DNA from: Chiloscyllium plagiosum
Lineage: Eukaryota
Reading direction: 5' to 3'
Length of the DNA: 42,118 nucleotides
Assembly (NCBI RefSeq): GCF_004010195.1
Contig: NW_025215045.1
Span: 18,116-60,233 of the forward strand
Shown piece after piece: positions 36,991-42,118 of this stretch. The notes beneath the pieces were generated by a model. The model ran no database searches. It saw only the letters and a program-made list of their open reading frames with translations, and was not told the DNA's origin. Within the stretch, counting starts at the first letter, position 1. Every line of letters starts with the position of its first letter. Both the position numbers and the translations under genes were made by a program.

Positions 36991-37191
36991 TGATTTTGAA
37001 ACTTCAGTCTTCAGATTTTCAAATAATCTGCAAAAAGAGTTTACAAAAGTCATCACGATCAGTGCAGGGTAGAAATTCAGAACAAACAATTCTACTTTCT
37101 GTGGAATATTCTTTTTTGTTCCACAAAATTAAAAGCACTATCCCACTCCGCTCTACCCAATTCCCCTGAAGGTGCTGATTCAGGATCTTAC

Positions 37192-37251
37192 AGGGGCAGA
37201 AAAAGCAAAAACATTAAGACTGACATCTCTCTGAATTTTGGATAACTCCAC
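37192..37251 (-). other. Putative 60-nt upstream (5' UTR) exon of the ZNF gene
   Basis: Acceptor TAACTTTCAG and donor GTAAGA. The next acceptor CTCTTTTTGCAG at 37028 would open the coding exon. Confidence 0.5.
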
Positions 37252-38019
37252 CTGAAAGTTAATATCTTTCACAACACTGGGATACTGCTGAGTGAGCAGG
37301 TCTGATTTTGGGAAGCAAAAAAAAAATGTCAATTCAGGGTGAACCTGCAATGCAGCTTCTTGAGGAAGGACCAGACACAAAATGGTTAATGACCCCAGGA
37401 AGGTGGGAGCAAAATGAGACATCAAGGCATTAACACCAATACACTTCAGTCAAACTCTTCTGCTTCCCAGTCAGGGCAAAACATGCTCTGAAAGTCCAGC
37501 CTTCACAACCACACTTCTGCTTTCACTGAAGACAATTAGAGTCTCACAGCGCAGAAACAGACCCTTTAGCCCAACCTGCCCAGATATCCTACATTAATCT
37601 AGTTACGTTTGCCATCACTTGGCCCCTATATGGGCCGGGTGCTGGCAGCTGGGACTAAATTGGGTTGGCTATCTTGTCAGCAGGGACGAGTTGGACCGAA
37701 GGGTCTGTTTCTGTGTTGTACATCTCTATGCCTCCAGTTGCATTTACCATCACTTGGCCTCGACCCATCTGAACCCTTCATATTCAGATGCCCGTCCAGG
37801 AGCCTTTTAACTTATCATCGTACCAGCACCCAACACTTCCTCTGGCAGCTCACGCCATCGCTCAAGCAACACCACATTGAAAGNNNNNNNNNNNNNNNNN
37901 NNNNNNNNNNNNNNNNNNNNNNNNNNNNNNNNNNNNNNNNNNNNNNNNNNNNNNNNNNNNNNNNNNNNNNNNNNNNNNNNNNNNNNNNNNNNNNNNNNNN
38001 NNNNNNNNNNNNNNNNNNN

Positions 38020-40782
38020 AGACACTTCAACTGGACTTCATTGAGTTGGAGAAATGAGTTGAGTTGCTATAAATGTGTTTTGCTTATTGTTGATGTCTTT
38101 TGTAAGTGGATTGAAGCCTACCCTCCTCCTAACACTACTGCTGAGACTGTGGTGAAGATTTTGTTTAAGGAAATAATTCCCTGCTTCAGTGTACCTGCAT
38201 ACATTAGCTCAGACAATGGACTACACTTTGTAGTAATATTAATGGAGAACTCTGTTCCCAGCTTTGCATTTGTCAGCAACTGCATGGTGCATATCATTCT
38301 CAGGCAGCCGGCCTTGTTGAATGTTTTAACCAGACTCAAGACTAAACTTGCCAAATTAATGGCCGAGTCTGGCCTCTCCTGGTTATGCTAATCCCTGTGG
38401 CCTTATTCCAGATGCGATCCATGTCTGCGAGCAAGACACGACTGTCTCCAGCTGAGAGTCTCTCTGGTCACTGCCTCCGCACCCCTTGGAACGATTCGGC
38501 TCCCTTCTCAGTCCACTTCCACCACATGACCAAAGCAATGATTGGTTATATTCTTGCTCTAACTAATGTTATGCGTGCCTTTCACTCCCAGGAGCGTGCG
38601 GCCTACAGCGATGTTCCCTCCCTTTCATCCTCGTCATGGGTAGAGCCTGGTTCTTTGCTGCTCATCAAGAACTGGACTGGCAAAGATCTCCAACCTTGTT
38701 GTTCTAATGTTAATATGTTGTTCTAATGTTAATCTTAGTTCAAATATCTGTAATAAGAGGAGGGACATATAGGGAACCCAAATGGATACAGTCCACTCCT
38801 TTTGTTGGGATTCCAGGATACTCTCCTCCTCTTCCCCACTTTTGATTGGTGCGGTCAATCAATTTACAATGGTGCAGTTGGACCCAAGCTGAGCGCCCAG
38901 TGACTTTGATCACCGTAGGGGTGGAAAGTAAAACCTGGAGGGGACCCCTTCCCTTGTGCATTTATAGGCCTTTTCTCTTTTCAGAATCTGATACTGTCAC
39001 CAAGACCATGTACAATAGAGCTAAGGGATACTGTCACCAAGACCATGTACAATAGAGCTAAGCCCAATGGGAACAGCATTCTGAGGACCATTGTCTCCCA
39101 TAGAGTGCGAGTGCTCGAGTTAGTTGGCCCATTTTTTTTTTTTAAACAGAGCTCAAGTTACACCTTTTGCAAAACATCAACCCTGTAGACCTGGCCAGAC
39201 CCCCTGCTGTAACATTTCAGTAACTGATTTTGACAAACTCTCCCTAATATACACCAAACCAGACTATTATTTCTTCAGCTAAGGTAAAGCTACCAATTTC
39301 CTTGTCCTGGATGGCAAAGATGTCCCTCATAAAGTCACCATCGGAGCCCTTGTTCCCACAACAGTACCTTGTCCTGGCCAGTGGACAAGTCGATGGAACC
39401 TCCATCTGAGGAAGATACAGCGGTCGGTCTCAGCCAACCTTGCTCCAACTGGAAGGATCCCAAGGGACTGGGTGACAATACAGGATACCCGATAGACTGG
39501 GCAATCCAGAGTACCCTGAGGTTGGAAAGATTGGCAGGGGTGAAAGTCAAAAGAACCGCATTTCCCTCTTTTGCGGCCTGACCATTCGAGGAAATAAGAG
39601 TAAAGAGGCTCTGGAACAGAGTAAACTGGGATTATCAGACCTGTGTCTTTACTCTGTGCAGAATCGGTATGCCTTAGACTATATACTCCCCCAGGAGGGT
39701 GAGGTCTGCACCATTGTCCAAGATAAATGCACTATGGGCATTCCCAATCTTACTAGCAATATTAACTAAGATACAAGAAGAGATCCAGAATGACTGAAGG
39801 GACAAGTTGGGAAACTGCAGATCGGGCTCATGGTACAATTGGCTTATCAATTTAGCTATGTATGGTAGAACACTTTTCCTCTGTTTGTCGGTATTGGTAT
39901 TGTTAGGTATTTAATTGCTAGGTTTATGAGGTCCCATAGTGATATAGATTTGCCCCAGAAGATGCTCCTTTTGTGATCTGATGGCTCATCCACACTTGTC
40001 GATGGCAATGATAAATATGACCAGATGAGCTGCGAAGATGGTGGTGTCGCTCTACAGGATGTTGATGGCTGGTCCACCTTCAAAGGCATTCGTTTGGACT
40101 AGCCTTCTCTTTCAGTGATCACGGTGCAATCAAAGGGAGGAATGAGGGTGTGGGCATCTGGGTGATGAAGTCTATTGCCTTAAAACTTGTCTTTAAACAT
40201 TCAGACTAAAATGTAATGCTGAATTATTGAATACATTTACTGCACTAGAAAATAAACCGGCAGGAAGGCTCAGAAAGAGGAGAGAACTTAAAGATAGGGA
40301 CACCTGGGCTCACCAAGTGATAACAGGATGCTGTGAGGAAATTAAGAATGTTTACCTCAGCATCAGTGAATCTGTGTGAACAGGACACCAAGTGATAACA
40401 TTGACGGCCGTTCCCTTGTAAAATGAATGATAGTCTTTGAATCTGACCCTGAAACAAGACTCGGTACTATCCATAGCTTTGTAATTAATGGTTGGATTTT
40501 GTCCATTATAATGGATTCTTACTACCCCTTGCAAGCGGGGCATTCACAAAATATATCTTTGCTGTCTTGAGAGTTCAAAAGGACACGAGAGAGAGAGAGA
40601 GAGACCATTTTATTGCTGAGGCTGTTGAATCCCATAGAGAATTAACTCTTAGTGCTTATCTGCTATGGATTGAATTGAATTGCATTTTGCGACTTTATGA
40701 TGAGAGATTTATATTCCAGGCTTCCAAAGAGTATGATTTCCAGGACAAACCAAGAGAGAGGCTTTACAGGTCTGCGTTCTCA
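38020..40782 (+). mobile_element. pol-env: ERV remnant: integrase core, degraded env, polypurine tract 40132-40142, 3' LTR from 40143 (end uncertain, ~40782)
   Basis: VDVFCKWIEAYP...ISSDNG (integrase); KVKR and QNRYALDYILPQEGEVCTIVQDKCT (env); aaagggaggaa-TGAG. Confidence 0.92.
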
Positions 40783-41051
40783 AAGGATTCCCTGGGCCAC
40801 CTCAAATCTCCACTTTAACATGGGAGGTAGGACAAAATGGCTTCTGCTTGGCTAACTTGGTGGGACTGAGTCAGGCATATACTCACGACTCAGAACAAAC
40901 AAGAAACCACAGAAATCCAGTGAAAAAAACTGCAAATGCAGAAGTAACAAATGTGAACCTATCCATCAATCGCAGAAGTAACATTTTAATCCTACCCACC
41001 AGACAGGACAAATACGATTCCAAGAACAGGTTGTCGACAAGGAATTATGAT

Positions 41052-41365
41052 AGATCATATTCCCTACAGTTTGGAAACAGGCCCTTCGGCCCAACCAGTC
41101 CACACTGACCCTCCAAAGAGTAACCCACCCAGAACCATTTTCCCTCTGACTCATGTACCTAACACCATGGGCAATTTAGCATGGCCAATACACCTGACCT
41201 GCACATCTTTGGACTTTGGGAGGAAACCGGATCACCCGGAGGAAACCCATGCAGACACGGGGAGAATGTGCAAACTCCACACAGACAGTCACCCAAGGCT
41301 GGAATCGAACCTGGGAGCCTGGTGTTGAGAGACAGTAGTGCTAACCACTGAGCCACTGTGCCGCT
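41052..41365 (-). mobile_element. HE1/V-SINE
   Basis: Full head, body and tail. Confidence 0.92.
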
Positions 41366-41519
41366 CTAGGCTAAGTCAAAAATGCATGAGGACCTTGCGG
41401 GATCTGATTGCGCATGATCACATAGTAACAACCAATGTCTGACTCTAAAGAATGTACGTAAGTTCTATCCAAACTCTGTAAAAGTTGGCGGATTCTTTTG
41501 GCACTCTAGGAGTACTCAT

Positions 41520-41815
41520 CGGTGGCCCAGTGATTAGCACTGCTGCCCCACAGCACCAGGGTCCCAGGTCCGATTCCAGCCTCGGGGGGCTGTCTGTGTG
41601 GGGTTTGCACATTCTCCCCATGTTAGTGTGGATTTCCTCCCACAATCCAAAGATGTGCAGGTTTGGTGTATTGGACATGCTAAACTGCCCATAATGTTAG
41701 GTGCATTAGTCAGAGGGAGATGGGTCTGGGTGGGCTACTCTTCAGAGGGTCGGTGTAGACTGGTTGGGCCGAAGGGCCTGTTTCCACATTTTTGGGAATC
41801 TAATCTAATCTAATC
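41520..41815 (+). mobile_element. HE1/V-SINE
   Basis: Full head, body and (AATCT)n tail. Confidence 0.92.
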
Positions 41816-42118
41816 CTTCTGGGCTGATCAAAGTCTACCGACCCGGCCATATCAAAGAATAAACTATTGCTTATGTGATTGACAAAGTCACTTCCAGGTG
41901 TGTTTATTGACCAATCCCAGAAATCCGAAGATCCAGACAGCAGTCCAGATCAGAACAACCAGATAGGAAATGGTTAATGTCCCCAGGGTGTGGGGAGCAA
42001 AATAAGACACCAAGGCGTTAACACCAATATCAGGGAAAAACTGAACTATACAGACATGACAAACAGGTGTACAGCACAGAAACAATCCCTTCAGTACATG
42101 CTGACCAGATATCCTAAA

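Noticed and set aside
37609..38391. 260-aa ORF
   Set aside because: Spans the N gap at 37884-38019 and joins CR1 debris to a frameshifted integrase.

Overview
Repeat-rich vertebrate genomic DNA, most likely a cartilaginous fish. This is inferred from recalled family signatures (HE1/V-SINE, Deu-type SINE, CR1 LINE, Penelope-like elements), not from a database search. The left ~19 kb is a decaying tRNA cluster: near-intact minus-strand tRNA-Trp(CCA), tRNA-Glu(CTC) and tRNA-Asn(GTT), half-tRNA relics (Pro, Arg, Glu), and a 463-bp tandem duplication carrying a degenerate tRNA-Ser whose anticodon position reads TCA. It also has a broken C2H2 zinc-finger gene. The right ~20 kb has one intact 10-finger C2H2 ZNF ORF (35736-36644, minus), a CpG-island promoter, and three class I (gamma/epsilon-like) endogenous retrovirus remnants. 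A segmental duplication (~23.0-28.2 kb vs ~33.3-40.7 kb) has lost the whole ZNF gene from its left copy through a ~3.3-kb deletion fusing CR1 to ERV. There are four N gaps. I cannot demonstrate a new biological system. The best leads are the ZNF birth-and-death snapshot, the unusual tRNA variants, the hammerhead-like cores in Penelope termini, the ERV env and gag-pro details, and an unexplained ancient duplication at 1-2520.
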